Positions 13,201 through 24,800 of a stretch of 64,000 nt of DNA are shown one piece after another. The translations under genes and the position numbers were made by a program. Source of the stretch: Owenia fusiformis (lineage: Eukaryota). The notes under the pieces were generated by a model that saw nothing but the letters and a program-made list of their open reading frames with translations, made no database searches and had not been told where the DNA came from. Position 1 is the stretch's first letter. Each line of letters starts with the position of its first letter. Location of the stretch: contig CAIIXF020000001.1 of assembly GCA_903813345.2 (NCBI GenBank), positions 2,294,001 to 2,358,000 on the forward strand, in the 5' to 3' direction.

Positions 13201-16200
13201 ACAATATTTTAGAAAACCCAGAAGGGCCCCTCAAATTAATGAATGGTTTTCCTGGATTATCTTCATTATTTCTACTAAGACTAGTGGATATCGATCTAAA
13301 GTTATTATCCCACCGAACGAAGTTCGAGGGGGATATAGAGAAGCCGTCCGTTTGTCCGTCCGTCCGTCTGTCCGTCCGTGTGTCCGGGCGATAACTCCAA
13401 TACCGGTTGACGGATTTGGTTCAAATTTTATATGATTATGCCTTATGAGTGTAGAACCTCTGCTCGAGAAGGAATTTTCAATATGGCCGCTCAATTCAAA
13501 ATGGCCGCCATTTTTCGTAAAAAATGTAATCGTTGATAACTCAAATACAAGTAGACGGATTTGGTTCAAATTTTATATGCTGATGCCTAGGGACAAAGGA
13601 GTTCTGTACAAAAAGAGATTTTCAAGATGGCCACTTAATTTCAAAATGGCGGCCATTTTTCGTAAAAATATGTAATCTTTGATAACTCAAATACCAGTGA
13701 ACAGATTTGGTTCAAATTTTATATGATGATGCTTAGGGTCACAGTTGCTATGTTCGACAAAAATTTTTCAAGATGGCCACTTAATTTCAAAATGGCGGCA
13801 ATTTTCGTGGGAAACGTAATCTTTGATAACTCAAATACCAGTGAACGGATTTGGTTCAAATTTTATATGATGATGGCTAGGGACACAGTTGCTTTGTTCA
13901 AAAATGAATTTTCAAGATGGCCACTGAATTTCAAAATGGTGGCCATTTTTCGTAAAAAAAACATAAAATTTTGATAATTCTAATACCAGCGAACACAGTA
14001 GGGACACAGTAGCTCTGTTCGAGGAAGAATTTTCAAAATGGCAGCTGAATTTCAAAATGGTTGCCATTTTTCTTAATTCAAATTTTATATGCTGATACCT
14101 AGGGACACTATAGCTCTGTTCAAGAAAGATTTTCAAAATGACTGCAGAATTGGCCCCATTTTTAGTAAAAAAGAATGTAATCTTTGATAACTCAAATTTT
14201 AATTTATGGATATGGTTTACATTTTATATGTTGATGCTTAGGGACAAACAAGCTCTGCTCAAGAAGGAATTTTCAAGATGGTCACTAATAATCTAAATAT
14301 GTTTTGTTCGGTGGGATTTGCTACTCCGTGGAGTTGCTGTTTTTCTAGTTGACTTATGATCTTAATTTAATGATAGATCATCTTTTTATGTAAAAGTCGT
14401 GAAAACGACGTGAGAATAAGGGGACCATTTTTATTATGTCACCACCAAAAGTGGTGACATATTGTTATGGTCTCCGTTTTTTGCGGTTGGTGGTTGGCGT
14501 CCGGCAGTTGGCGTCCGGTGGTTGGAGGTTGGCGTCCGGCGTCTGTAACAATTTCTTACAACTTCCTATAACTTAACAAATACTGTTTAGATTGACTTCA
14601 ATTTTTTTCTAAATCATCTACATGTTCTCAGAAGTTCAAATCTGACTTTAGATTTGACCTTCAATGACCTTCTCAAGGTCAAAAAGGTCTTTTTTCAACT
14701 TGCTTCACATTGACTAAATTTTTTTTCAAAATCATCTACATGTTCTCAGAAATTCAAATCTGACTTTAGATTTGACTTTACATTTGACATTTGACCTTCA
14801 AATCTGACTTTAGATTTGACATTTGACCTTCAATGACCTTCTCAAGGTCAAAAAAGGTCAAAAAGGTCTGTTTCCAACCTGCTTCAAATTGACTAAATTT
14901 TTTTTCCAAAATCATCTACGTGATCTCAGAAATTCAAATCTGACTTTAGAGATTTTTCAAAAGTGGTGACATATTGTTATGGTCTCCGTTTTTTTTTGCG
15001 GCGGCGGTTGGTGGTTGGCGTCCGGCGGTTGGCGTCCGGCGGTTGGCGTCCGGCGGTTGGTGGTTGGAGGTTGGCGTCCGGCGTCTGTAACAATTTCTTA
15101 CAACTTCCTATAACTTAACAAATACTGTTTAGATTGACTTCAATTTTTTTCTAAATCATCTACATGTTCTCAGAAGTTCAAATCTGACTTAAGATTTGAC
15201 TTAAGATTTGACTTAAGATTTGACATTTGACCTTCAATGACCTTCTCAAGTCAAAAAAGGTCAAAAAGGTCTTTTTTCAACTTGCTTCAAATTGACTAAA
15301 AAAAATTTTCAAAATCATCTACATGTTCTCAGAAATTCAAATCTGACTTTAGATTTGACATTTGACCTTCAATGACCTTCTCAATGTCAAAAAAGGTCAA
15401 AAAGGTATTTTTTCATCTTGCTTCAAATTGACTAAATTTTTTTTTCAAAATCATCTACATGTTCTCAGAAATTCAAATCTGACTTTAGATTTGACATTTG
15501 ACCTTTAATGACCTTCTCAAGGTCAAAAAAGGTCAAAAAGGTCTGTTTTCAACTTGCTTCAAATTGACCAATTTTTTTTTCAAATCATCTACATCTTTTC
15601 AGAAGTTCAAATTTGACTTTACAAGTTCTCAGAAGTTCAAATCTGACTTTAGATTTGACCTTTGACCTTCAAAAAGGTCTTTTTTCAACTTGCTTCAAAT
15701 TTACTTAATTTTTTTTTCAAAATCATCTACATGTTCTCAGAAGTTCAAATCTGACTTTACATTTGACATTTGACCTTCAATGACCTTTTCAAGGTCAAAT
15801 AGGTCTTTTTTCAACTTGCTTCAAATTTACTTAATTTTTTTTTCAAAATCATCTACATGTTCTCAGAAGTTCAAATCTGACTTTACATTTGACATTTGAC
15901 CTTCAATGACCTTCTCATGTCAAAAAAAGTCAAAGAGGTATTTTTTCAACTTGCTTTAAATTGACCAAATTGTTTTAGGTGGTGACATTTTGTCATGTTA
16001 ATGCCTTGTTCAATTTTAGTCACTACTCTGTTATCGCCCACTTGTTTTCGTTCGATAGTCAATCTTTTTCTGATTTTTTTGGTGTAACTTGTCATTCCTC
16101 GATATTTGTTGAACTTTGTGAAGCTTTGAGTGTGTTATTTAGGTGACGGGTGCTAAATATGGCGATCATTGGTATATTTATTCTCCTAATGAAGTAATGT

Positions 16201-16823
16201 TGCACAATCTCTGGGACCCGAATTCATTTTACATGCTTGCAAGATAGGCAAAACTCACGAGTTTATATATCATATCATTTGTGATTGTAGTGTTCATGTT
16301 CCTGACAGAAAGATACCTAGCACAGATGAACAGTTTAGCTGAAGAAGAAACCATTAGTCAACAAAAAGTTGGAAGTGGACCAAGTATGAATGATTAAATT
16401 ATTATATTATTTTTTAAAGTGACCACATATATTAAAAATAATTATGATAAGGGATATTTATTATAATTATCAGCTGACCATACTATCATGGGGTCTAACC
16501 CTTTTCCATTTTGATCATTTTCTGTCAAACATGATTTTCTTAATCTGATGAACCTACTATCTCAACATTTTTTTGATTCATATAAAGCAAAAATTATGTA
16601 GTCATTCCATCTAACTGGGGCAATTATTGCATTTAACATTCAAGTAAAATTAATATGTTTTTCAGAACTTGTGTTTTCTTTTTCAGACTTATTCACTACA
16701 CAAAGTGGAAATGGTGACCAAAAGAACTCTAGTAATAAAAAAGATGGCGTTATTCAACTTCATCCTAATAAACGGAGAACACATGGCAAAAAGTCGGCAT
16801 TAGCAAAATGTATTATTTTGTGA
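1085..16823 (+). CDS. RAB23: Rab23 small GTPase, spliced CDS join(1085..1239,5870..5955,10594..10670,11374..11453,11966..12048,16291..16383,16687..16823), 236 aa
   Basis: Hand-spliced 711 nt with GT-AG introns and matching phases. Translation MREEDIETAIKVVVVGNGAVGKSSMIQRYCKGIFTKDYKKTIGVDFLERQIE...WDTAGQEEFDAITKAYYRG...NKIDL...RTSVK...KCIIL*. Contains G1-G5 boxes, the Rab23-type N-terminus and a CaaX end. Confidence 0.97.
1739..1855. repeat. Tandem duplication of a 60-bp unit (2 copies)
   Basis: ATGCATCCAACAGAATGGTACAGACATAGGTTCCCATTGTTGAGCCTGAAG starts at 1739 and again at 1799. Confidence 0.9.
5870..5955 (+). CDS. RAB23: RAB23 coding exon 2 (WDTAGQEEFDAITKAYYR)
   Basis: TTTTAG acceptor, GTATG donor; 86 nt. 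Confidence 0.96.
6783..9238. mobile_element. Tc1/mariner-derived foldback MITE (~800 bp once the nested hAT element is removed), TA TSD
   Basis: TA|CAGTGTGTCCCAAAAAAAGGAAACCAGCAA ... TTGCTGGTTTCCTTTTTTTTGGGACACCCTG|TA. Arms are near-perfect inverted repeats. The centre encodes a transposase C-terminus on - (8880-8788). Confidence 0.9.
6813..8463 (-). mobile_element. Non-autonomous hAT-type element with ~580-bp inverted arms and transposase remnants, 8-bp TSD ACCAGCAA
   Basis: TIR TAGGGTGGCTCAAAATAA / TTATTTTGAGCCACCCTA; ACCAGCAA at 6805-6812 and 8464-8471. Remnants PGAYHYTRFMGKSLYLLKIF...APLHSLKFW (7701-7363, -) and VNDPAEQAVKL (ORF 7788-8003, +) resemble hAT-type transposase motifs PGAxHxARWM and VNDxAERxVKL. 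Confidence 0.88.
9432..9724. mobile_element. piggyBac-like MITE with TTAA TSD
   Basis: TTAA|CCTCTTGAATACCCAG ... CTGGGATTCAAGAGG|TTAA. A truncated relative lies at ~11650-11860. Confidence 0.82.
10594..10670 (+). CDS. RAB23: RAB23 coding exon 3 (GAQACVLAFSTTDRESFEAVESWKQK)
   Basis: TTACAG acceptor, GTAAGT donor; 77 nt. Confidence 0.95.
10744..10906. mobile_element. pogo/Tigger-like (Tc1/mariner) MITE
   Basis: TA|CAGTAAAACCTGTATAAGTGGAACAC ... GTGTTCCACTTTACAGGTTTTACTG; internal GTGTTCCA repeats. Right TA not intact. Confidence 0.75.
11173..11332 (+). mobile_element. Short Helentron-type non-autonomous element (HINE-like)
   Basis: TTTTTATGTTACCGCC...GTGGTGACATATTGTTAT head, GGCGGTGACAT sub-terminal IR and CTTGTT end; same family as 14428-16010. 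Confidence 0.6.
11374..11453 (+). CDS. RAB23: RAB23 coding exon 4 (VEDEVGEIAMVLVQNKIDLIDEATVS)
   Basis: TTGTAG acceptor, GTAAGT donor; 80 nt; NKID G4 motif. Confidence 0.95.
11966..12048 (+). CDS. RAB23: RAB23 coding exon 5 (EEAEGLAKKLKIRFYRTSVKDNLQVDD)
   Basis: Polypyrimidine tract plus AG acceptor, GTAAGT donor; 83 nt; TSVK G5 motif. Confidence 0.95.
12513..13158. mobile_element. PIF/Harbinger (Tourist-like) MITE, GC-rich, TAA TSD
   Basis: TAA|TGGCCTAGTCACATAGCCCGG ... CCGGGCTATGTGACTAGGCCA|TAA; many internal CCGG and GAGCTC motifs. Confidence 0.88.
13302..14350 (+). mobile_element. Helentron-type HINE with (GTCC)n microsatellite and ~145-bp tandem core
   Basis: Sub-terminal IR ATCCCACCGAAC (13307) / GTTCGGTGGGAT (14306); 3' hairpin GCTACTCC-GT-GGAGTTGC, then CTAGTT. 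Core repeat starts at 13411, 13556, 13702, 13846. Confidence 0.82.
14428..16010 (+). mobile_element. Helentron-type HINE (partial tandem dimer) with GGCGTCC microsatellite and irregular ~120-135-bp TTGACC/GGTCAA-rich core
   Basis: Sub-terminal IR ATGTCACCACC (14436) / GGTGGTGACAT (15978); CTTGTT end; second head at ~14960. Confidence 0.8.
16291..16383 (+). CDS. RAB23: RAB23 coding exon 6 (VFMFLTERYLAQMNSLAEEETISQQKVGSGP)
   Basis: TTGTAG acceptor, GTATGA donor; 93 nt; phase fits both neighbours. Confidence 0.9.
16687..16823 (+). CDS. RAB23: RAB23 last coding exon (hypervariable tail, ...KCIIL*)
   Basis: TTTCAG acceptor; open to TGA 16821-16823; CaaL prenylation motif. Confidence 0.92.
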
Positions 16824-17250
16824 TGTCATATTTTAGAAGTATTTAATGTGGATTATGATGTTACAGTTGTGGAATCATGGTGTCAAAATTATGGTTGTAT
16901 GATGTCACAATTATGGGGCCATGATGTCATAAATGTGAAGGATAATGATGTCATATAACATGGTTTAAATTTCATGCCATGAATGTTATGCTCATCTTTT
17001 GGATGCAACCATACACATACATTGTATAATGGATATAATCTTAGAATGAAATATATCCTACCATGAAATAATTCCATGCAGATGAGTATATTACATTTAA
17101 TATATATGCTGGATACAACATTTATGTAGCATGACATGGATACCAGTACAACACAGGTATATCATTGATACAAGATACTGAATCTACAAGAAATGGATAT
17201 CACTGTGATTAGCCTTGATCCAAAGCTCACCTGGAAAATAACATCATATA

Positions 17251-17401
17251 CGAGGGATGTCCCAAAAGTCCTAAACTATTTTTTTTTGGAATTCAATGTA
17301 TCAATCAGAAAATGTCGCAACTTTGTAATGATGAAATCACAACTTGAATAATCAAAACTAAGGTTGAAAACAATTAGTTTAAAACTTATGGAACAACCCT
17401 C
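17251..17401. mobile_element. Degenerate mariner-type MITE in the putative RAB23 3' UTR
   Basis: TA|CGAGGGATGTCCCAAAAGT ... ACTTATGGAACAACCCTC. Confidence 0.55.
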
Positions 17402-19266
17402 ATTCATGAAAACTATCTTTTGAGAAACTATCCACAGGACATACAATTTTTGTCACTCTACTATATGTAGTATTCATATACAACGATGGATTTAAGTGGC
17501 TGAAATCCGAGATGATCACTTATTTTTTGAATATTTTCACTCATTGTTCACAAATAAAATGTTCATGATATTGTGGTAAAATATATGGTAATGGTGATGC
17601 ACACCATGTTTAAATGACCTAAACTCTTGCTTAGACCACTTAACAGGTCACTTGACAGGTCAAAATATGAGAATGTATTTTCTATATATTGATTTAGCTT
17701 TTTGTATCATGAAACAGAAGGTTAATTTTTTTTAAAACTTGGACTGGTAAAAATAACATACTAGAGGCGTTTCATATATTGTCCAAGGTACTTTTCTGCC
17801 ATAAACCGTCCATTATAAGAATCTGATATATACAACGTTATATTATTATATTATATGCAGTATACCTATTACTACTAGATATTTTCTAGCATTTACTGGT
17901 GTAAATCCAAGCTGAAGTTGATTCATGTAAAATGTAAACTTCATTTATATATTTGTAAAAATAGTATTAGAATAGTAAATAGTATTTATCTTTGCGGATG
18001 TATAGTTGCATTGTCATAGGCAACGTTTTAATCTATATACATGTATTTTGAAATCAACATATGATGAAAAATAAGAATAAAAATAAATTAAAGATATCTT
18101 GACCACGCAAATATTTTTCCTCAAAAATGTATTGAAAGATAGTCAAATTAAAATGTGCTACAGTATATATGTTTTGATAATTGTGAATTGATGAGAGAGA
18201 ATATTTTCCAAGGGAATCAAGAATGGCAGTGACTTACCTTTCTTGTAAGCATTGTATTTTAATGAACCAAACATTAAAAAATACCTTGCATTATCTTGAA
18301 GGTACTAGTGTGTCTTTTCCAACCCATGTATTTGCTTAAATTATAAGATTTAATTTCGATTTTGTATGCTAGATGAATTGTACAATCTTGTTGTGCTAAA
18401 GCAAAGCATAGAATGCAAGAAACCATTTATATATTAATAGTTGTGTAATTCTGTAGAGTGAACTTTGCTACATTCTGCATTTATTTGAAAAGCTAATGAT
18501 TCTATATATGCTCAAAATGTTGTAATATTGTACTTGTATTGTCCTTAAATGAAAGTAATGAAGCCTACCACCTCCTGTATCTCATTTTTAGTTTGTAAAT
18601 GAACTGTCATTTTATAAATGACACTTACATTTTAATTGAACGCATGTGAATTTTTTCAATAATGTCAATTTCCAAATTTCATTGTCAATGCCTAAACTAG
18701 CCATAGTTGAACTCCTGTATACATGAACATTCCACCGGGACATTCCGATTTAACTTGATTGTTATTATATTTTTAAATGTTATGTCGTTGTACATTCTGC
18801 CTGTACTTGATTTGTTATTTTGTTGTCTTTGTAACGAATCAGCATTTTTCTGTTCTATCTCATTTATAATGTGTCAGTTAATAATAATTCAGGATAATTA
18901 AATGTATTTTAATATGGTAATACAGGAATTGTATGCAACACTCATGTATGGGAATCATTTACAACCAACACCAACATAAATGTGTAGCTCTTGAAACTTC
19001 TTATCCTTTTCAGAGAAAAATGTAAAATTATTTTCACATGAGATAGAGAATTTAGGATATGAAAATGACATGATTTAATACAGTTCAGTGAATATGAAAC
19101 TGTTTTTGTCCTTCACACAGGTAACCTGAACTTCATTTTATATTACTAATATTAATTGTTTGCTAGTTGTTACATGTATTACAAAGCTCAGTATTTGTAT
19201 TACAGAATGAAAAGTCCTTGGATGTATGACATAATGAATGTAGCACTTATTATTATATTTAAAAAA

Positions 19267-19272
19267 AATAAA
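19267..19272 (+). terminator. Candidate RAB23 polyadenylation signal (AATAAA) ending a ~2.4-kb AU-rich 3' UTR
   Basis: AATAAA followed by T/GT-rich sequence, at the point where mostly repeat-free sequence gives way to transposon debris. Other AATAAA hexamers occur upstream. Confidence 0.35.
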
Positions 19273-19752
19273 GACAAAACAAAAAATTAAAATTGGATTG
19301 TTTCATTTATTTTCAAATACAACTATTAGTGTCCTCTAAAGTAGTAGAAACCAAGAATCAATGGGTTGATAATGTTAAAAAAATTTTCAGTTTACTTCAG
19401 TCGTCTACAATATTTCTGATATAAAGGTGTGAAGATTTTGCAAGATAATTCATAGATTAGTTTTATTAAACCTTACACATAACAGGCTTTGCAGTTGTGA
19501 TGTGATTTTATGTACACCATGTAAAATAAAACCTAAATCTGAATGCCAATTCGGACCAGCTTATAGTTTTCGGATTAGGTGTTCATATTTCGAGGTTTTT
19601 GCATTTGTGAAGTTTTGAGGAAATGTGATCATATTTTTCATAAATATTTAATATAATATAATGAAGTATAGTAAATAATGTCATGGTAGAAAGACATTAT
19701 GATTGAGACCATTCGATGTTTTTCCAAAAGCTTAAATATCCTAATAAAATGG

Positions 19753-22734
19753 TTATTATCCCATCGAACGAAGTTCGGAGGGATATAGGGAACACCTCCG
19801 TCCGTCCGTCCGGAAGGGGAGAGTTTTCCGGCCGGATCAAAACGTTTAACCCACCTATGCGTAGTCTCAAGTCTGTGGACCCTGAAGAAAGATAACTAAC
19901 ATCGCAATCAAATCAAGACAAAGAAAGAAGAAAATAAATGAAGAAACCAATGCAGCAAAAACAAATGATGTCCGTCCGTACGTACGTACGTACGTACATC
20001 CGTCCGGGCAATAACTCAAATACCGTTGGCCCGATTTTGTTCATATTTTGTACACATATACCCTATGGGGGTAGAAGTTCTGCTCAAAAGCCGGTTTTCA
20101 AAATGGTCGCTCATTTCAAAATGGCGGCCATTCTAGTGACGATTTTACAGTAATTTAGGTGCAATATGTAAAACTGCAATAGCAATATGTTTTAAATGTA
20201 AAAAAATTATAAAGGACTTTAATAATGCTACAAATGTAAATATTAAAGAAGCGAATGGCAGCCATCTTGAAAAATGGCGGCCTTTACTCGTCATTTTACG
20301 ATTTTTGCTGTAACTCAAAAAATAGTGGAGCGATTTTGTTCATATTTGTTATGTGAATACTATAAGCATTGCACACTGTCTAAAGACACTTTTGGTAGAA
20401 GGTGGCTATTTTGAAAAATGGCCGCCATTGTAATGTATTTTACAATAACTCGAAAAGTAGTGGAGCGATTTTGTTCATATTTGGTATGTGAATACTATAA
20501 GCATGGCACACTGTCCTATGACACTTTTGGTAGAAGGCGGCCATTTTGAAATAAATTTGAAAAATGGCCGCCATTTTAACATATTTTACTATAACTCGAA
20601 AAGTAGTGGAGCGATTTTGTTCATTTTTGGTATGTGAATACTTTAAGCATGGCACACTGTCCTATGACACTTTTGGTAGAAGGCGGCCATTTTGAAAACA
20701 ATTTCGAAAATGGCCGCCATTTTAACGTATTTCACTATAATTCAAAAAGTAGTGGAGTGATTTTGTTCATATTTGGTATGTGAATACTATAAGCATATGG
20801 CACACTGTCTATTTCTAATGACGCTTTTGGTAGAAGGTGGCCATTTTGAAAAATGGCCGCCATTTTAACGTATTTTACTATAACTCGAAAAGTAGTGGAG
20901 CGATTTTGTTCATATTTGATATGTGAATACTTTAAGCATGGCATATTGTCTAATAAAACTTTGGGGAGTTGTCGGCCATTTTTCAAAATGGCCATCACTT
21001 TTTATGTCCCCACCACATAGTGTGGGGCCATATTGTCGGCCTAGGCGCGTCTGTCTGTCCGTATGTCCGTCTGTCCGTCCGTCCGTCCGTCCGTCCGGCA
21101 GTTTTCTCCAAAACCGCTACAGATATCACCTTCAAATTTTCAGGGATAACTTATGAGTGCATCTTGATGTGGATGAAAAAAATTTAAGTGGATACCTACT
21201 TCCTGTCGGCCATTTTGAAGTCAAATGCTAAAATCCTTGTCTGCAAACTTTAAGAAAAATGACTTCACAGTTGATTTCGAAACTTTAACATCTTGTTCAG
21301 CTCACTTCATTCTACATCTGATTAGGTTTTGGACCTGTAAGCTCAGTCATGTCAGCCATTTTGAATGTTTTAAGAAAAGTTAGCGCGCGATAATACTTTG
21401 TATCATATTGAATGGTGTTTTTCAATTTTCATACTTGAACTATTTAGTAGCTTTATAAATAATTTCAGGTGTACTTTGTTGTAAAAGCCTATGTTATTGT
21501 TAACAATAGTAATATGTGATAATTTTGTAAAAGGAAATCAGCAAAAACTCATAATCACTTTTTTATTGTCGGCCATTTTGGATTTTTCCGTCCTAAAATC
21601 TTGTCTGTAAAGTCTTGTCTACGCGTTTTCAGGTGAACCGTTTGGTAGATCAATTTCAAATTTTCAGGGATGATTTTTAGTATGAAAATCTAGATCTGAT
21701 TAGTTTTTGGGCATTCTGGGTAAATGTCAAGGCAGCCATTTTGGATTTTCCGTCCTAAAATCTTGTCTGTAAAGTCTTGTCTACGCATTTCCAGGTGAAC
21801 TGTTTGGTAGATCAATTTCAAATTTTCAGGGATGATTCTTAGTATGAAAATCTAGATCTGATTAGTTTTTTGGCATTCTGGATAAATGTCAAGGCAGCCA
21901 TTTTGGATTTTCTGTCTTAAAATCTTGCCTGTAAAGTTTTGTCTACGCTTTTTAGGTGAACCGTTTGGTAGATCAATTTCAAATTTTCAGAGATGATTCT
22001 TAGTATGAAAATCTAGATCTGATTAGCTTTTGGGCATTCTGGGTAAATGTCAAGGCAGCCATTTTGGATTTTCTGACCTAAAATCTTGTCTGTTAAGTTT
22101 TGTCTACAGATTTCCAGGTGAACCGTTTGGTAGATCAATTTCAAAGTTTCAGGGATGATTCTTAGTATGAAAATCTCGAAGAGATTAGTTTTTTGGCATT
22201 CTGGATAAAAATCAAGGCAGCCATTTTGGATTTTCCGTCCTAAAATCTTGTTTGTAAAGTCTTGTTTACATGTTTGTTGGTTAACTGTGTGAGGGATCAA
22301 TTTTAAATTTTCAGGGGTGGCTCTTAATATGAAAATCTAGAACTGACTATTTTTTGGGCATTCTGGGTAAATTTTAAGGTGGCCATTTTGGATATTCCCT
22401 CCTCAAATTGTGTCGGTAAAGTCTTGTCTACTCATTTTTAGGATAACCATTTGACGGGATCACCCAAAGGTGGGGACATTTTGTACACATTTGTGTTCTT
22501 GTATGTGTTTTATTTTACAAGTATGTGTGCGATTTTTCAAAAATTTTAGAGGTGGCTACTTAAAAGCATATTATTTTATTTCTTCTGATGACAACTTGGC
22601 TAGTGAGCAACCATTTTGAAAATGGTGGCCTTTCTGGTGTGTTGTTTTATGATATTTGCGCTTCGTTTGTAAAAATGCCAGCCATTTCTGTTCGATGGGA
22701 TTCGCTACGCTTTGGCGTTGCCGTTGTTCTGGTT
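19753..22734 (+). mobile_element. Helentron-type HINE with ~146-bp tandem core, interrupted by a second HINE
   Basis: ATCCCATCGAAC (19758) / GTTCGATGGGAT (22690); hairpin GCTACGC-TTTG-GCGTTGC; (GTCC)n and (CGTA)n near the head. Core repeats at 20457, 20603, 20749, 20892. Confidence 0.8.
20999..22502 (+). mobile_element. Nested Helentron-type HINE with ~162-bp tandem core
   Basis: ATGTCCCCACC (21004) / GGTGGGGACAT (22469); hairpin ACACA-TT-TGTGT; (GTCC)n. CCATTTTGGA core at 21573, 21736, 21898, 22059, 22221, 22383. Confidence 0.82.
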
Positions 22735-24443
22735 TATAGAAATATATTTCCACTGTTGTGTGCAAAAGATGTGATATGACATGTATATGAAAAGTGTTAC
22801 TATATCTAATGGGTTAATTTCTATATGACTTCACAGTTCATATTTGGAGGTGTTCATATTTCAAGGTTTCCTTGAGATGAGAAAAGTGCTCAGATTGGGA
22901 GGTGTTTGGATTACCCAGGTGTTCAGATATACAAGTTTATTGTATACATTGTATCATCAAATCTTTAGATTTTGTAAGTTGATGATTAGACTGTCAAAAT
23001 GATTCGAACATATTGATACTGGTTTGTCCGTCGTACATTAAAAACCGCATTGTTTCACATGTATGAAGAAATAAAACATACAGTTTTATGTGTCGTCGAT
23101 CAGGAATTATCGACATTTTGACAATAGTAAATCATAATTTATTGGGATGAATTCAAATTGTATATTTAAATGGCATACATAATTTAATATCTTTCACTTC
23201 TAAAACTACGGCATAGAATCTGATATAATCATTACCATGTGCTATAGCAATACAACTTCAAAAATTATGGGACTAATCTTTTTTTAAGTCATCTTGGCTT
23301 GTCTTTACCACTACCATTAGAAATTGGTGCGATCACTACATATAGGGTGTAATACAATCTAATTCCATTACTATCTACAAATACTTGTATGGAAAATGCC
23401 ATGGTAAAGATCTGCATTGGATTAAAATTGTCAAAGAGCAAATTTTGTGAAAAATTCAATGACATTATCTTATCGCTCTAGGTCTCAGGGTCAATTATTT
23501 GCATCATCAAAAACAAAAATTAAATGATGATCAAAAATATTTTATTAAATCCATATAAACAGATATACATGTAATAGCTGGAATGTGCCTCATTGTCAGA
23601 GATATTAATGCTAACATCTATCCAATACAATACCAGTTGTTTTATTGACACTGTCCCCTGAACTCACTTGAGCACTTCTTTTAAGATTACTTTCAGCATA
23701 GTTTGGATTCACAGGGATTAGATTCACAGGGTTTGGATCCACCTTAGTTAAATGCTCAACCAATCCAACATAGAAACAGTATTGACTGATCAAAGCTTTA
23801 TTTTAATTTTCATATTATCTCTATAAATCATATCAAAAGTTCTCTTCTTAAACAAGGATGATGGAAAGTCATTTTTCTGGGAATTTTCTTAACTACAGTA
23901 CAAGAATTTTGTTGTTAACAAATAAATTTTGAACTTTTCAGACAAGATTAATACAACTCTGAACTGAGGCATCACATACAGCTTTTTCTCTTGATTCAAC
24001 AATGAGTATCATTTTGATTTCTGTTGATAACCGAAGACTTTGTATTACATGTATTATTGAATTCTATACATTGTACCTAATTTTTTATGAGATCATTTTA
24101 ACATTACACATCAGTGGCCATTTCATTTTAATTGCATTAATCCCCTATTTTTATATTATTCTTGATAGCTAGTTTCCTATCAAAGGTTTAATAGGTGTAA
24201 ATCATAAATAACCCTAAAGTATAATCTTTTCATAAATGATATGTAACACACAATCAATACACTTGGATATAAATCTTTCTTTCAGCATTGTACTAGACTA
24301 TCTCTGCCATGCACAAGAAGGAAACTGAGAGAAGGCTATGATATCTCACAATGTCCTTTCAGTAATTAATGAAGCTTAAAATGAAAGATTTGAGATAACT
24401 GTTATTTATTTAAGTTATTTATCATTAAATGTACCATTGATCA

Positions 24444-24800
24444 ACCATTGAAAGGCATACTGTATGATAGGTACAGCTACAGGGGTAGCTGCTAGCTGCT
24501 ATACACGTACATGAATTAGCCATTGAAAGGCATGCAGTATGATAGGTACAGCTACAGGGCTAGCTGCTATACTGTACATGTACATGAATAAACCATTGAA
24601 AGGCATACGGTATGATAGGTACAGCTACAGGGCTAGCTGCTATACTGTACATGTACATAAATAAACCATTGAAAGGCATGCAGTATGATAGGTACAGCTA
24701 CAGGGCTAGCTGCTATACTGTACATGTACATGAATAAACCATTGAAAGGCATGCAGTATGATAGCTACAGCTAAACAGGGCTAGCTGCTATACCCGTACA
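24444..24800. repeat. 73-bp minisatellite, ~5 copies, in the putative BAG2 3' UTR
   Basis: CCATTGAAAGGCAT...GATAGGTACAGCTACAGGG...CTAGCTGCTATAC units start at 24445, 24520, 24593, 24666, 24739. Confidence 0.93.

Noticed and set aside
24444-24800. Possible CRISPR array
   Set aside because: Whole 73-bp units are near-identical with no variable spacers; it is a minisatellite.
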